Part shown: one piece after another, positions 1 to 10,107 of the stretch
Position numbering within the stretch: the first letter of the stretch is position 1
Layout of the letters: every line of letters starts with the position of its first letter
DNA from: an uncultured virus (IMG/VR IMGVR_UViG_2897109615_000002)
Taxonomy: Duplodnaviria > Heunggongvirae > Uroviricota > Caudoviricetes
Length of the DNA stretch: 64,000 nucleotides
Direction: 5' to 3' (one strand)
Virus record (IMG/VR): IMGVR_UViG_2897109615_000002
Location: 1-64,000 of that record
Position numbers and translations under genes: made by a program
The notes under the pieces: generated by a model
Database searches by the model: none
The model's input: only the letters and a program-made list of their open reading frames with translations
What the model was told of the DNA's origin: nothing

Positions 1-165
1 TTAATGGCTCTTTTCTTTTGCTAATAAATTAGACATTACTTCATTCACTTTTAGATTCACTTTCTTAATTGCATCAGCCGATGGTTGATTCATGCTTTCA
101 ATCGTTATACGATATTTTTCTATTTCAAACGATTGCTTTGACGATGATTTAACGAATTCACTCAT
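1..165 (-). CDS. 54-aa protein, candidate recombination directionality factor (sprB position)
   Basis: Hand-translated MSEFVKSSSKQSFEIEKYRITIESMNQPSADAIKKVNLKVNEVMSNLLAKEKSH; ATGA overlap with the RecU-like stop; sprB/yotN lies here in SPbeta. Confidence 0.5.
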   Translation of the reverse strand: MSEFVKSSSKQSFEIEKYRITIESMNQPSADAIKKVNLKVNEVMSNLLAKEKSH

Positions 166-716
166 ACAGCGCTCACACTCTGCTGTTCTTTTTTAATCAA
201 ATCATCGCAAAGCTTGTTCAAGTAATATGTATAGTTAACTTTTTTCTTCATCGAACGGACTTCTGTGCCGATCTCTTCACAAATTGCAATTGGAATGCTG
301 GCTTTGTTTACTTTATTCTTATATGTATGTTTCAATTGTTTTTCAGCTATGTTCTTATATGTAAGGAAATCATTGATATGTACGAAATAAACTTTATTTT
401 CTGGCTCTCTAAATTGAAACAGAAACCCAGGGATTACGTTTGGATATTGAGTGGCCTCTTTTAAGTGTTTAATCTGTTGTGGCTTGATGATCTTTTCACT
501 GAAGGATACAGACTTATCCTTTGTTGATTTAAGCTCAAAGGGGAACAAGTATCCCTTAAAGAACAGAAAGCAATCATATTTGTTTTTTGATACTGCAGCT
601 CCCCTTTTTAAAAACACGGGATTTACATCTTTAATTCTGTAAAAGAACAGCTTTTGATCTGCTGCTGATTTTTCTATATTTGCTTCAAAAACCTTGCCCT
701 GATTTGTACCTGCCAA
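162..716 (-). CDS. yotM: RecU-like Holliday junction resolvase
   Basis: G..FE, KYD..FELKST PD-(D/E)XK motifs and IKPQQ, typical of RecU. Confidence 0.85.
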   Translation of the reverse strand: MAGTNQGKVFEANIEKSAADQKLFFYRIKDVNPVFLKRGAAVSKNKYDCFLFFKGYLFPFELKSTKDKSVSFSEKIIKPQQIKHLKEATQYPNVIPGFLFQFREPENKVYFVHINDFLTYKNIAEKQLKHTYKNKVNKASIPIAICEEIGTEVRSMKKKVNYTYYLNKLCDDLIKKEQQSVSAV

Positions 717-841
717 TCAATCACTCTCCTAAAATATTGAAACCAAAATTAATTGATATCAAAATAAACCTTTGCTACACTGTTTTATGTTAATTAATAT
801 TGAAGAGCTATGCGAATGGAACCACGAAGAAAGAAGAAAAG

Positions 842-1027
842 TTAAATCTTAATCCCTTTCCGAGCCCATCTGATTTCCTGCATCAATTCTTCATTATTAT
901 CCGAAAGGTTGATTAGGTTACGGTGAGCTCTTTCGTATTCTTTGTTCTTGATAGCTTCCTTAGCCGTGACCATTTGCCTTTCCATTTTGTTGTACAGTGT
1001 TTCAATTGTATTATTTACTTCAGCTAT
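842..1027 (-). CDS. 61-aa hypothetical protein (YotK-like), probable ATA start
   Basis: Open frame (I)AEVNNTIETLYNKMERQ...KGIKI* behind a GAGGTGGAGG Shine-Dalgarno sequence. Confidence 0.5.
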   Translation of the reverse strand: MAEVNNTIETLYNKMERQMVTAKEAIKNKEYERAHRNLINLSDNNEELMQEIRWARKGIKI

Positions 1028-1082
1028 TATCCTCCACCTCTAATCATCTAATTTTATTTTTACTCTAAATAAAAGACCGATT

Positions 1083-1514
1083 TTATTTAATCCTTAATTG
1101 CTTAACTTCATTTTCCAGCCATTCAACATACGACATCTCTTGAGTGTTTTTTGCATATTCATTTAATAAAGAATCCTCTTCTACAAAATCAAATGCGATT
1201 TCTGTTTTTTCATCAATAGGCAAGTAAATAGCTACAATTCCGTTTTTCGGATAGAAAGAAGTCTCAAACCATGATAAAACATTATTCCCTTCATCATCTC
1301 TCCAATCATGCCGCGCAACGCTTCGATTGTATGCTTCAAAAGGATTCAAATCTAATAAAAATTTAATCTCATCATACTCAATTGAAACCCCAATTATTTT
1401 CCCCATCATCATGGGATCGACTGATTCTTCAATCCATTCATACACATTGTCATTAAATTTAATAATTGGTTTTTTACCTTGTGATACAAGTTCATATAAT
1501 TTAATCGTCTTCAT
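1083..1514 (-). CDS. hypothetical phage protein
   Basis: 143-aa ORF in operon orientation with RBS. Confidence 0.7.
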   Translation of the reverse strand: MKTIKLYELVSQGKKPIIKFNDNVYEWIEESVDPMMMGKIIGVSIEYDEIKFLLDLNPFEAYNRSVARHDWRDDEGNNVLSWFETSFYPKNGIVAIYLPIDEKTEIAFDFVEEDSLLNEYAKNTQEMSYVEWLENEVKQLRIK

Positions 1515-1776
1515 TGAAATAATCCTCCCTAAACCCTTTCACTGCTGGTTCATAATTTGTCACTTCATAAAATTCTTCTTTCTGATTAAATTTGATCGAC
1601 TTATCCAATGTTTTAGCATTCCGTTCCAACCACTCTACTGTATTTTTTACTTTGTTATCATATTTTTCATAGTTATCCGACCAATCATAATAACTGTCTC
1701 TGGTCTTTATTAACCCCAATAGTTCTTTGACATGCTTTAGCTTCACATATTTATCTTCAATATCGGTGATATCGCT
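1501..1776 (-). CDS. hypothetical phage protein (start approximate)
   Basis: ORF coupled to its neighbours; likely start MSDITD. Confidence 0.6.
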   Translation of the reverse strand, partial: SDITDIEDKYVKLKHVKELLGLIKTRDSYYDWSDNYEKYDNKVKNTVEWLERNAKTLDKSIKFNQKEEFYEVTNYEPAVKGFREDYFNEDD

Positions 1777-1967
1777 CATTGAAATAACCCTCCCCAAATC
1801 ACTCCTGCTGCAATGGCAACAATGAAAACTGAAACAAATTTCATAAGTACGAAGAATTTTATGTGCTTTGTTTCGTCCTCAGTTAGATCAAAATCTGATA
1901 AAGCAAAAAAACCAAACACAATTAATAATATCCAAGCTGTAACAATCAGGTCGTTTCCTCCAATCAT
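1776..1967 (-). CDS. small membrane protein
   Basis: Two hydrophobic segments. Confidence 0.6.
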   Translation of the reverse strand: MIGGNDLIVTAWILLIVFGFFALSDFDLTEDETKHIKFFVLMKFVSVFIVAIAAGVIWGGLFQ

Positions 1968-2377
1968 GTTTTATTGTGGCACATATTAATATATTCCTGC
2001 AGGCTATTAACTGTTGAAATAATACACCCTCGAACCTCTTCTGGATCTACAAAGTCCATTTCATTTTGTAGAACAAATTCATCAAACTCAATCATGACAA
2101 GAAAGCGATCGTCATTGGGCAGCTTATTAAAGTTAATATTCCTTAATCTTGGAATGCCCTTTTCCTTAATCCATTCAAGGAAGGGATAATCAGCATCGTT
2201 CTTTGACGCTGCGATTTTTAAAAACTCATGAATATCAGAAGAGTTTTCAATATTGAAATAAATGTGGAGACTCTCCTTCATGAGATCAAATAATCGCAAT
2301 AGAGCTTCATCAATTTTATTGTCTGTTTTAGTCTTGAAGTCTATATCAAACCACTTTGAAGAGTTTTCATTATTCAT
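1964..2377 (-). CDS. hypothetical protein
   Basis: 137-aa ORF abutting its neighbours. Confidence 0.65.
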   Translation of the reverse strand: MNNENSSKWFDIDFKTKTDNKIDEALLRLFDLMKESLHIYFNIENSSDIHEFLKIAASKNDADYPFLEWIKEKGIPRLRNINFNKLPNDDRFLVMIEFDEFVLQNEMDFVDPEEVRGCIISTVNSLQEYINMCHNKT

Positions 2378-2812
2378 TTAATCCCTCCAAGAATCATATT
2401 TTTCAATAACAGTCAGTCCATCCCTATTTCTCTTAGTGTTTTGTTTTGCTAATTTTAATAGTGCATTGCTAGACTGTTTGTCATTAAAGACCTCTTCAAG
2501 GTTTAATAAACGCGTCCTTTGTTCCTTTGTCATTGCTTGAGTATGTAAGTCAGTAACCTTCTTGTTGTTAGCTACTTTTCTAAATTCGTAGTATTTGGGT
2601 GGATTATAAGACTTAAACCATTTTTCAACTTTAAACGGTGACAATTGTCCAAAGCCAAACTTGATTAGTGCTACCTTTTTGCTTTCCGGATGATTCATTA
2701 TTTGTTCATATATAGTCGAAGGTTCGGTTAGTTCACTAGACACTTTGAAACCCTCAATTAGAGAACCGTTATTAAAATGAATATTTACCTTTGTACCTGA
2801 TCCATTTTCCAT
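2378..2812 (-). CDS. hypothetical protein
   Basis: 144-aa ORF abutting the next gene. Confidence 0.65.
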   Translation of the reverse strand: MENGSGTKVNIHFNNGSLIEGFKVSSELTEPSTIYEQIMNHPESKKVALIKFGFGQLSPFKVEKWFKSYNPPKYYEFRKVANNKKVTDLHTQAMTKEQRTRLLNLEEVFNDKQSSNALLKLAKQNTKRNRDGLTVIEKYDSWRD

Positions 2813-2957
2813 GACTGGTTAACCCCCTTAAGCGTTCGACTTCAGCGACCAACCATTCTGCATAACTTATGTGAATTTTCATCACCTTGGTCGATCCAGC
2901 TTGCCGAGACATCACTTCAACGAATTGCTTAATTTCTTCAAATTCAATTTCTTTCAT
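2772..2957 (-). CDS. hypothetical protein
   Basis: 61-aa ORF with GAAGGG RBS. Confidence 0.55.
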   Translation of the reverse strand: MKEIEFEEIKQFVEVMSRQAGSTKVMKIHISYAEWLVAEVERLRGLTSHGKWIRYKGKYSF

Positions 2958-3338
2958 TGAGATTTATCCCTTCTAAATGAAATCAACATTTTTTTCATTT
3001 ACAGCAGAAGTCCAATTTTTACATCATCGACGTAATCAAGATCAAGTGTTAGTGTTTTACCTATTCTCAAACCCAACGAGTTTTCATTGTCGTTTTTAAT
3101 TATGATATGCCCTGTGTCAAAGTTGATATTTGCTACTTCAAACCATGAATTATTGTATAATGCTTTTCCAATCATAATAGCAATCTCCCCTGTGAAAATT
3201 TGAGGTCTTTTACTGCTCTTTTAAATGCTGTTGTCTATTTCTTCAAGATGATTCCCTTCGTATTTAGGACAATCAAAATCAGTTTCATCACCAGTCGAAC
3301 CATAGTCAAATTCATTGCTTTGTCCATATGACATGGTT

Positions 3339-3578
3339 TCACTTTTCAAAGTCATCAAGGTTGATTCCATAAATGCTCTTAATCCAATCTTTAATTATGG
3401 GATCCCATCCTCCAAGTAGACCATTCCATGCGAGGACATCTCTAAACACTTCTGAGCTCGTCATTTCTAAAATTTCTTTATCCATGGAGCCGTCTTTCTT
3501 ATCTAAACCCTCTCTCTGTCTTACATACTGAATAATGCTAATTGGGTACTTTTCTTCTAACAGTTTTGTGTAATCCAT
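3339..3578 (-). CDS. hypothetical protein
   Basis: Likely start MDYTKLLEE after GAGGGG RBS. Confidence 0.6.
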   Translation of the reverse strand: MDYTKLLEEKYPISIIQYVRQREGLDKKDGSMDKEILEMTSSEVFRDVLAWNGLLGGWDPIIKDWIKSIYGINLDDFEK

Positions 3579-3619
3579 TATTATTTCCCCTCTCTGGATA
3601 AAATGAGAAAATAAATATT

Positions 3620-3979
3620 TTATTTTGAGACGTATTCGCAACACCCATCCGATACTTTTTTCAATAAATATCTCTGTCCCCAAATACCCCACGTATCTCT
3701 ATCTCCTGTGTGCCAGCAGCCGCACTCTGTAGGATGATGATCAAAGAACAACATGTTTTCTTCTTCTTTTGTCAACTCAACCAAAGGAAAGTAAAATCCT
3801 TTAGGGAATGAATTTAAGACCTCTCCTAATGTTTCATATTCAGGATGCAAAGGGCGTGCATGGGAGGGTACTTCTCCAAATTTGTTTACACCCAATGAAT
3901 TATATGACCCATTAGGATTCTTATAAATAATCCATGATTCAACTCTATTTCGAATCTTCTTCTTTACTCTCTTATTCAA
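3620..3979 (-). CDS. hypothetical protein
   Basis: 119-aa ORF, TTG start with GGGGAG RBS. Confidence 0.65.
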   Translation of the reverse strand: MNKRVKKKIRNRVESWIIYKNPNGSYNSLGVNKFGEVPSHARPLHPEYETLGEVLNSFPKGFYFPLVELTKEEENMLFFDHHPTECGCWHTGDRDTWGIWGQRYLLKKVSDGCCEYVSK

Positions 3980-4014
3980 TTTAATCTCCCCTTTTCAATA
4001 AAATTAGAATTTCA

Positions 4015-4383
4015 TCAATAAATTTTCCCTACATATTTACAATCCATTGATTGCTCAATGTAATATATAGCTGTATCAGTAAACATTATTTCAGTGCCAA
4101 TGCCGATTGAATGGAATATCCTTTTATTTTGAGTTGAGTTTAACCAAATTACGGATTCATCTTTAAATTTTCCTTTTACCCATTTAGCTTCACTATTGTA
4201 TTTGTAAATAGGAAAATCTTTTTCAAATGTTAATTGATCAAACCTTTTACTTGGCATACCACTATACTCCAACCAATCATGAGTATGACTAAATCCATTC
4301 TTACAAAATTCATTAATCTTAACGTTTACTTCTTCAATATTTTCCTCACTTAACACATAAGATTCTTTAATGTTTGTTATCAC
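4015..4383 (-). CDS. hypothetical protein
   Basis: 122-aa ORF. Confidence 0.65.
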   Translation of the reverse strand: MITNIKESYVLSEENIEEVNVKINEFCKNGFSHTHDWLEYSGMPSKRFDQLTFEKDFPIYKYNSEAKWVKGKFKDESVIWLNSTQNKRIFHSIGIGTEIMFTDTAIYYIEQSMDCKYVGKIY

Positions 4384-4404
4384 CTTACATTCCCCTTTCT
4401 ATAG

Positions 4405-4623
4405 TCAGTTTTTAATTAACCTCCCTTGTATTAAATAGACCCAGTCTAAATGAATATGCCCAACGACTTCTTCCTTTTCATTGACTAACTTAGTACCATT
4501 TGATTTTTCAATTGTCAGTTTTGCAGTCTCCGCATCTGTTTTGGAATAGTATGAAAAGGCCATAGGTTCTTCATCATGATCTTTATATACAACTGTCCAC
4601 ACATCATCTAATTTTTTCTTCAC
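4405..4623 (-). CDS. hypothetical protein
   Basis: 72-aa ORF, GAGGTG RBS. Confidence 0.6.
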   Translation of the reverse strand: MKKKLDDVWTVVYKDHDEEPMAFSYYSKTDAETAKLTIEKSNGTKLVNEKEEVVGHIHLDWVYLIQGRLIKN

Positions 4624-4632
4624 GAATTCACC

Positions 4633-5472
4633 TCATATTTCAAATGTCTTCAACTCAAACGTTTTATATGTATCAACTTGCTTATCTGGTATCACATTGA
4701 CACTCGGGTAATTATCATAGTCATACGGATATCCGATACAATTCATGTGAAATCTCGTTCCATCTTTGTCAAACTCAGCTTGTAAATGATCATGGCCACA
4801 AACCCAATGTTTTGCGTTAATGAACGGGACATCAACCATGTAGCATGTATTAGGTTCAAATGGAGAATAAGGATTGTGAACAGGTGGGACATGTGAGACA
4901 AATACATCAATTTCAGAGTTTTCAAGAGTGTCATACCATCCCATTGATTCTTTCCACATTGCTCTTACCCCATCTTCTTTGCTGTATCCATTGAGGCTGA
5001 TATAGTTTGAATCATTAGAGACACCTTTGAAGAAATCCCATCCTTCATTTCCTTTTGGAAGATACCACATGACATCACCAGCAAATACTATTCCTTTGTA
5101 AGTATCTAAAGACTTTATTAATGGAGTGACGTTATTGATGTTTACAGCCTTCTGAATTAGATCATTTATCCTTCCTAATGAATCGGAATATTTTCTTTGT
5201 TGATTCTTACTGAGTAAATAAAGATCATGATTACCATATGTGAAGTAAACCTTTTCATACTGCTTTGCTACTTCATCAAGTACCCACAGTGTCTGTTGAT
5301 TCCACTCAGTAAAGTCACCGGCAATGATTAATACCTCACCATTTCCATTCGATATTAACCTTCTAACAATCTCCCTTGTTCGCCTTTCCCATTTTATCTG
5401 GTTATTGTTCCAAGGTATCCAGTGATTAATATGAAGATCTGAAACATAATCGATTTTCATTTTATCCCCCAT
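4633..5472 (-). CDS. yotB: calcineurin-like metallophosphoesterase
   Basis: SDLH, AGD, GNHD, SHVPP and GHDH motifs. Confidence 0.85.
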   Translation of the reverse strand: MGDKMKIDYVSDLHINHWIPWNNNQIKWERRTREIVRRLISNGNGEVLIIAGDFTEWNQQTLWVLDEVAKQYEKVYFTYGNHDLYLLSKNQQRKYSDSLGRINDLIQKAVNINNVTPLIKSLDTYKGIVFAGDVMWYLPKGNEGWDFFKGVSNDSNYISLNGYSKEDGVRAMWKESMGWYDTLENSEIDVFVSHVPPVHNPYSPFEPNTCYMVDVPFINAKHWVCGHDHLQAEFDKDGTRFHMNCIGYPYDYDNYPSVNVIPDKQVDTYKTFELKTFEI

Positions 5473-5549
5473 TTCTTTACGATTAAGTGGGTTTTAATTC
5501 ATCTCCACGACCGATAGTCATTTAAATCACCTCTTTTTCAAATTAAAAT

Positions 5550-5578
5550 GAATAAAGTTAGAAAACCTCTCCATAATA
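5550..5578 (+). promoter_or_regulatory. sigma-G type promoter for sspC
   Basis: GAATA-17bp-CATAATA upstream of the SASP gene. Confidence 0.65.
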
Positions 5579-5622
5579 TGATCGAACAAGCTTGTTTACA
5601 TATTACTTTAGGAGATGATCAT

Positions 5623-5832
5623 ATGGCTCAAAACAGATCAAACAATAATAATGAGTTAGTTGTACCACAAGCTGCTTCAGCAATTGAACAAATGAAATAT
5701 GAGATTGCTTCTGAATTTGGTGTTCAATTGGGCGCTGAGACAACTAGCCGAGCAAACGGTTCAGTAGGTGGAGAAATTACAAAACGTTTGGTTCGCTTAG
5801 CCCAACAAAGCATGAATGGCCAATTTCATTAA
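5623..5832 (+). CDS. sspC: alpha/beta-type small acid-soluble spore protein
   Basis: MAQNRS...[13 protein letters not shown]...[15 protein letters not shown] signature; GGAG RBS. Confidence 0.95.
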   Translation: MAQNRSNNNNELVVPQAASAIEQMKYEIASEFGVQLGAETTSRANGSVGGEITKRLVRLAQQSMNGQFH

Positions 5833-5837
5833 TGTAC

Positions 5838-5862
5838 GAGGGGATTACTCCCCTCTCTTTTT
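5838..5862 (+). terminator. rho-independent terminator
   Basis: gagggga-ttac-tcccctc hairpin followed by a T tract. Confidence 0.75.
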
Positions 5863-5913
5863 ATGCTCCTCTTCCAAATCCATAAAGTACTACTGGCATT
5901 GTATTCACCTCCT

Positions 5914-6102
5914 TTAGTGAACAAATGTACTTCGTCTAACCAGCTCGTCTAAAACGATTTGAAGTTTTCTTCTTTGGTCTTTTATGTATGCATTGCTATC
6001 GGTACGCAATCCATCATTAATTCTATTTTGTATGTCTGTTTTCAGTCTCTCTAAGCTTTCAATTGATAATTTTTCTAGACTAACTTTATATGATTGATTC
6101 AT
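5914..6102 (-). CDS. hypothetical protein
   Basis: ORF, likely start MNQSYK. Confidence 0.55.
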   Translation of the reverse strand: MNQSYKVSLEKLSIESLERLKTDIQNRINDGLRTDSNAYIKDQRRKLQIVLDELVRRSTFVH

Positions 6103-6379
6103 TTTAATAGCCCCCAGCAAAAACGAGTGAAATTATCAATAACCAAAAGACTGCTCCAGAAACAGCAAGAAAGCTTTTTGCAATACTCATAAACTCTTGA
6201 AAATCATTCTTCAACGTCTCTTTCACTGCATCACCTTCTCTTTAAAATACAGATTTCATTTAGAATAAAGTCTAAAATACCTCTGCAGATCGACTTTAGT
6301 CATGCACAGTTACCTCTGTCGCCATCTCCGGACGCTGACGGAGACAGATGTAACTTCAGATAATATGGCTCTTTGATGA

Positions 6380-7045
6380 TCAATTATGTAGGTTCCTTGG
6401 CGACGACTTTACTGCCTTCTCTGGCTGCCATAAACGTTCCTCTAGTGTCGTACAAACCGGAGTCGTTACCGTATTCTCATCTCCAGATATAACAACAACG
6501 TCTTGATTCGTTTTTGCATATTGAACTACGAATCTATAAGAATATACTCCGCCAATAACGATATCTCCAAAACGAGATTTATAACCGAAATATTTATCGT
6601 CCTTCTTTTCAAATACCGTATTCGCATTATTGATTACCGTTTGATTTACGTTTTCCATTCCGTCAGCCTCCTCGTTTTTAACTTCGCTATTGACGATGAC
6701 TTCGTATTCCTTTGCTATTACAAAATTAGAGTGTTCTTTCACGGTAATCGTACCGCAGATGTCTACTACTCTTCGTACCGTGCAGATATCGCCAGTCTTA
6801 TAGTCGCCTGATGACGATATTCCTTCTGTGATTAACACTCGCTCGTCGGTTTTGGGGCGACGATTTTCAGTGATGATAAGCTCAGCGTCCTCTTTTCGAA
6901 TATACAACGCCCCGTCCGGACTATCGACCTTATATGCATTCTCCCACGTCCCCAACGAAGGAAATATGCTCCCGATCTTATCTGCATACCATATCGATCT
7001 AAAGGTCGCCTTCTTAATCCATACATACTCTTTCGTTTCAGCCAT
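6380..7045 (-). CDS. hypothetical phage protein (higher GC than surroundings)
   Basis: Start MAETKEY after GGGAGG RBS. Confidence 0.65.
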   Translation of the reverse strand: MAETKEYVWIKKATFRSIWYADKIGSIFPSLGTWENAYKVDSPDGALYIRKEDAELIITENRRPKTDERVLITEGISSSGDYKTGDICTVRRVVDICGTITVKEHSNFVIAKEYEVIVNSEVKNEEADGMENVNQTVINNANTVFEKKDDKYFGYKSRFGDIVIGGVYSYRFVVQYAKTNQDVVVISGDENTVTTPVCTTLEERLWQPEKAVKSSPRNLHN

Positions 7046-7139
7046 TCCGCAATCCCTCCCTAAATTTTTATAAAAACAGAACACACATTCGCATTTATGC
7101 GGTACAATATACCTGAGTTACCGAAAGGAGGTTCGGTTC

Positions 7140-7235
7140 ATGAAAATATCAACCGAAGATAAAGTAGTTATCGCTCTTACAGCGGCATTTGTTTTCGCAT
7201 TCAGAAAACCTATTTTCGCTCTTCTTGGACGCTAA
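7140..7235 (+). CDS. 31-aa hydrophobic peptide, type I toxin-like
   Basis: MKISTEDKVVIALTAAFVFAFRKPIFALLGR; AAAGGAGG RBS; TACAAT -10 element upstream. Confidence 0.6.
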   Translation: MKISTEDKVVIALTAAFVFAFRKPIFALLGR

Positions 7236-7311
7236 TTCTTGGCGTCCAGCCGCCGGGCGCACTAGAACCACGCATCATCCTCGACGCTCTTCTCATCTCC
7301 TCCACTTTCAA

Positions 7312-7632
7312 TTAAATTAATTTGATTCTCAATTTCCTCAATAACTCCTCTAAAGCTTCTTCATCGACCATTACTTGTCCCTCATGGACTTTGATGATTT
7401 CTTTCATTCGGCCATCCATATCTCTAAATGATTCTGCTTCCTCAACAGTTAATGCTTCTCTGTATTTTTTTATGTAAAGAAGAATATTTTTAAGGGATCC
7501 AATCTCCCCAATTTTTTGGAGATTGAAATCTATTTGTTCCACTTCTAGCCGGAGTAAAGCTGCTTCCTTTTCTAAAACATCAATTTCAAGCTGTTCTTTC
7601 TTTGACAACAATTCTTGCTCTTTTTGTTGCAA
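7312..7632 (-). CDS. coiled-coil hypothetical protein
   Basis: 106-aa ORF, AAGGAGGTGA RBS. Confidence 0.65.
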   Translation of the reverse strand: MQQKEQELLSKKEQLEIDVLEKEAALLRLEVEQIDFNLQKIGEIGSLKNILLYIKKYREALTVEEAESFRDMDGRMKEIIKVHEGQVMVDEEALEELLRKLRIKLI

Positions 7633-7691
7633 CCTATCACCTCCTTATAAGGATTAACTATGTATTCACAATGTGAATGTGGATCATGTCT

Positions 7692-8057
7692 TTAAACTGA
7701 TTCATACTGTAAATGCTTGTTTTTCTTTTTGATAATTTTATACTCTGCAATTTTTAGTGATTCAAGAGTCCATCCGTTATTGTTCAAACTCCCAAAAAGT
7801 GTGTTCATTAATTGGAGCTCTTGTTTTAATTTTCTTCTCTTTCTCAATATCTTTTGACCTTTTAACGAAAGATGATATCCCTCTGAAACATTAAATTTGT
7901 CCTCTTCCAACTTGTGATAAAATTCATTGAGCTCTTTATCAACTTTCCCCAGCTCTTTATAAAGGTTATCAATTTCATTTTGAAGTCGTTGTTTAGTCTC
8001 CTCAATTGCAACAAGAGGTTTGAAAATGGAAACAAGATAATCTTTTGCAGTTTTCAT
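7692..8057 (-). CDS. coiled-coil hypothetical protein
   Basis: 121-aa ORF with RBS and upstream promoter. Confidence 0.65.
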   Translation of the reverse strand: MKTAKDYLVSIFKPLVAIEETKQRLQNEIDNLYKELGKVDKELNEFYHKLEEDKFNVSEGYHLSLKGQKILRKRRKLKQELQLMNTLFGSLNNNGWTLESLKIAEYKIIKKKNKHLQYESV

Positions 8058-8184
8058 AACGCCACTCCTATTTATTATTTTATTTTTATTCTAAAAGTAT
8101 GTAAAAAAAGACAAGCTTTTAACTTGTCTTTATCTTATCATTCAGCCTCTCAAAAGTCTATAACTATTTTATTTTTATTCTTAA

Positions 8185-8691
8185 TTATTTTGAGTAAGTC
8201 ACAAATGAATAATTAAATGTAGTATTGTTTTCTGCTTTTCTGTGATCCTTTTCAATTACTCTCCAGTCATCATTTAACCTTGGAAAATATGAATCTGCCT
8301 TCGCAACGACTGAATCAACAATCGTTAAATAAACCTTATCTGCATGGGGTAAGAATGCCTCGTATATAGCACCTCCTCCAATGACCATTACCTCTTCATC
8401 TTTATCCATTTGTCCTCGTATAAGCTTTAATACATCGTTAACCGAATGATAAACAAATGAAGAGTGATCAGGCTTGAAATCCTTGTTTTTGGTTAATATT
8501 ATATTCCTTCGGTTTTGAAGTGGCTTACCTGTAATGTTTACGATCGATTCGTATGTAAGCCTTCCCTGAATACACAACTTTCCTGTAGTGAGTTCTTTAA
8601 AACGTTTCAAGTCTTCAGGAATATGGTAAAGCAAATTATTTTCATATCCAATGGCCATTGATTTATCGCAGCAAGCAATAAGAGATAGCAT
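8185..8691 (-). CDS. dfrA: dihydrofolate reductase
   Basis: IG..N.L, GRLTYESI, PLQNRRNIIL, IGGGAIY and DSYFP motifs. Confidence 0.95.
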   Translation of the reverse strand: MLSLIACCDKSMAIGYENNLLYHIPEDLKRFKELTTGKLCIQGRLTYESIVNITGKPLQNRRNIILTKNKDFKPDHSSFVYHSVNDVLKLIRGQMDKDEEVMVIGGGAIYEAFLPHADKVYLTIVDSVVAKADSYFPRLNDDWRVIEKDHRKAENNTTFNYSFVTYSK

Positions 8692-8987
8692 TATACTGCT
8701 ACCTCAAAGTAAAGCTTGTCTCCATGCTTATAATTAATCAGCTTGAAATCGTCAATTGTGAAATCATAAAAGTCTTTTACATCCGGATTAATCCATAACT
8801 CAGGTGCTCCATATTGCTCTCTGTCCATTTGAATTTTCAAATTGTCTATATGACGAGTGTACACGTGACAGTCTCCGATATTGAAGATGAATTCACCAAG
8901 CTCATAGCCAGTAACTTGAGCAATCATACGTTGCAATACATTGTACTGAAACACATTAAACGGATTCCCGAGCGCGAGATCATTACT
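8691..8987 (-). CDS. thyA: thymidylate synthase, exon 2
   Basis: SNDLALGNPFN...GDCHVY...FEVAV; joins exon 1 to give a 279-aa protein. Confidence 0.95.
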   Translation of the reverse strand, partial: SNDLALGNPFNVFQYNVLQRMIAQVTGYELGEFIFNIGDCHVYTRHIDNLKIQMDREQYGAPELWINPDVKDFYDFTIDDFKLINYKHGDKLYFEVAV

Positions 8988-10107
8988 CACTTATGTTCAG
9001 TAGAAGTCGCTACTTTCTACCCGCTTTCGCAGCTTTATGTTTCCATAAAGGTCAGACTATATCATTATCCTATTTGTAAAAGTATCCACTGTATTTGTCA
9101 TTTTTGCTTTTGATTCTATGGAGGATAGTAGCAGGAACTACATTTAACTGCCTTGAAGCTTCTGTAGCACTTTCATATTCTGTTCCATCTATGATAACTG
9201 GTCTTGAATTTTTCGGCTTTCTGCCTTTAAACTTTTTAGACATATAAGTCTTAAATTCATCACTGTGTGTTTTTCCATAGAACGGATTTTTTTCACCCAC
9301 TCTTTGAGAAGCATATTCTGACAACTTGGCCTTACTCTCCTCACTATGTTTTTTACCTTTAAAAGGGTTATCGTGAGTTGAGTAATAAAGCTTATTATGA
9401 TTTGATATCTTAAGCTTTGTCGTTTCAGTATGCTTTCTTCCAAACATCGGATTATTTTCTCCTTGAACATATTGCCATCGCTTAGCCTTTTCTTCAGGCG
9501 ACATCTTCAAATAGACTTTCTTCAAACTGTCGGCTCTTTTTAGGATGATATTTGTTTTATCTGGGTGATAGCTTGTTAGGTCACCGCCATGGTAAGCTGA
9601 TTTACTTATGTTGTATATTTCTTCATAAAAATTATCAATATACCATTGCTCCTTGGCCATAGCCTCTTCTTTGGGTAAAATATGTACTACCTCTCCAATA
9701 AATACCTGCTCTCCATGTTTATTAAACGAGTTATTTAAATATCTATTAATATGTCTATTGTTTTTTAGATTTCTAAAATGTACTTTTAGCCTCTTTTCAC
9801 AGTCTTCTGAACTGCCAATATAAAACTTTCCTGTATTTTTATTTGTTATTTTATAAACGCCTGATTTTATTTAATCACCCTCTACTTTAAATTATAATAC
9901 AGGATCAAATAGGATACTCTGCTTTTCCATCACCAATAGCTTGTGATGTACTCTACTCCCTCCAACAGATGGGGTTTCGATAGTCGTTGAACCTTCACCC
10001 TTTTAGGTGCTTGGCTGCTGATTACCCTCGGCTACATTCACGTTAGGGCTTCCCAGCAATTAACAGAGTTAACAATGCGTATTACTACGCAAAGCCGCTA
10101 GTAATTA
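8988..10107 (-). mobile_element. group I intron in thyA (~1120 nt)
   Basis: Exon ends ...GCCCGU; intron ends CUGAACAUAAGUG; P (AAUUGCUGGGAA), Q (AAUCAGCAG), R (UCAACGACUA) and S (AUGAUAUAGUC) elements present. Confidence 0.93.
9070..9870 (-). CDS. GIY-YIG homing endonuclease, I-BmoI/I-TevI-like (266 aa, ATA start)
   Basis: Frame is open upstream of the listed ORF: IKSGVYKITNKNTGKFYIGSS...R...E; NUMOD3 repeats and C-terminal HTH. Confidence 0.9.
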   Translation of the reverse strand: MKSGVYKITNKNTGKFYIGSSEDCEKRLKVHFRNLKNNRHINRYLNNSFNKHGEQVFIGEVVHILPKEEAMAKEQWYIDNFYEEIYNISKSAYHGGDLTSYHPDKTNIILKRADSLKKVYLKMSPEEKAKRWQYVQGENNPMFGRKHTETTKLKISNHNKLYYSTHDNPFKGKKHSEESKAKLSEYASQRVGEKNPFYGKTHSDEFKTYMSKKFKGRKPKNSRPVIIDGTEYESATEASRQLNVVPATILHRIKSKNDKYSGYFYK

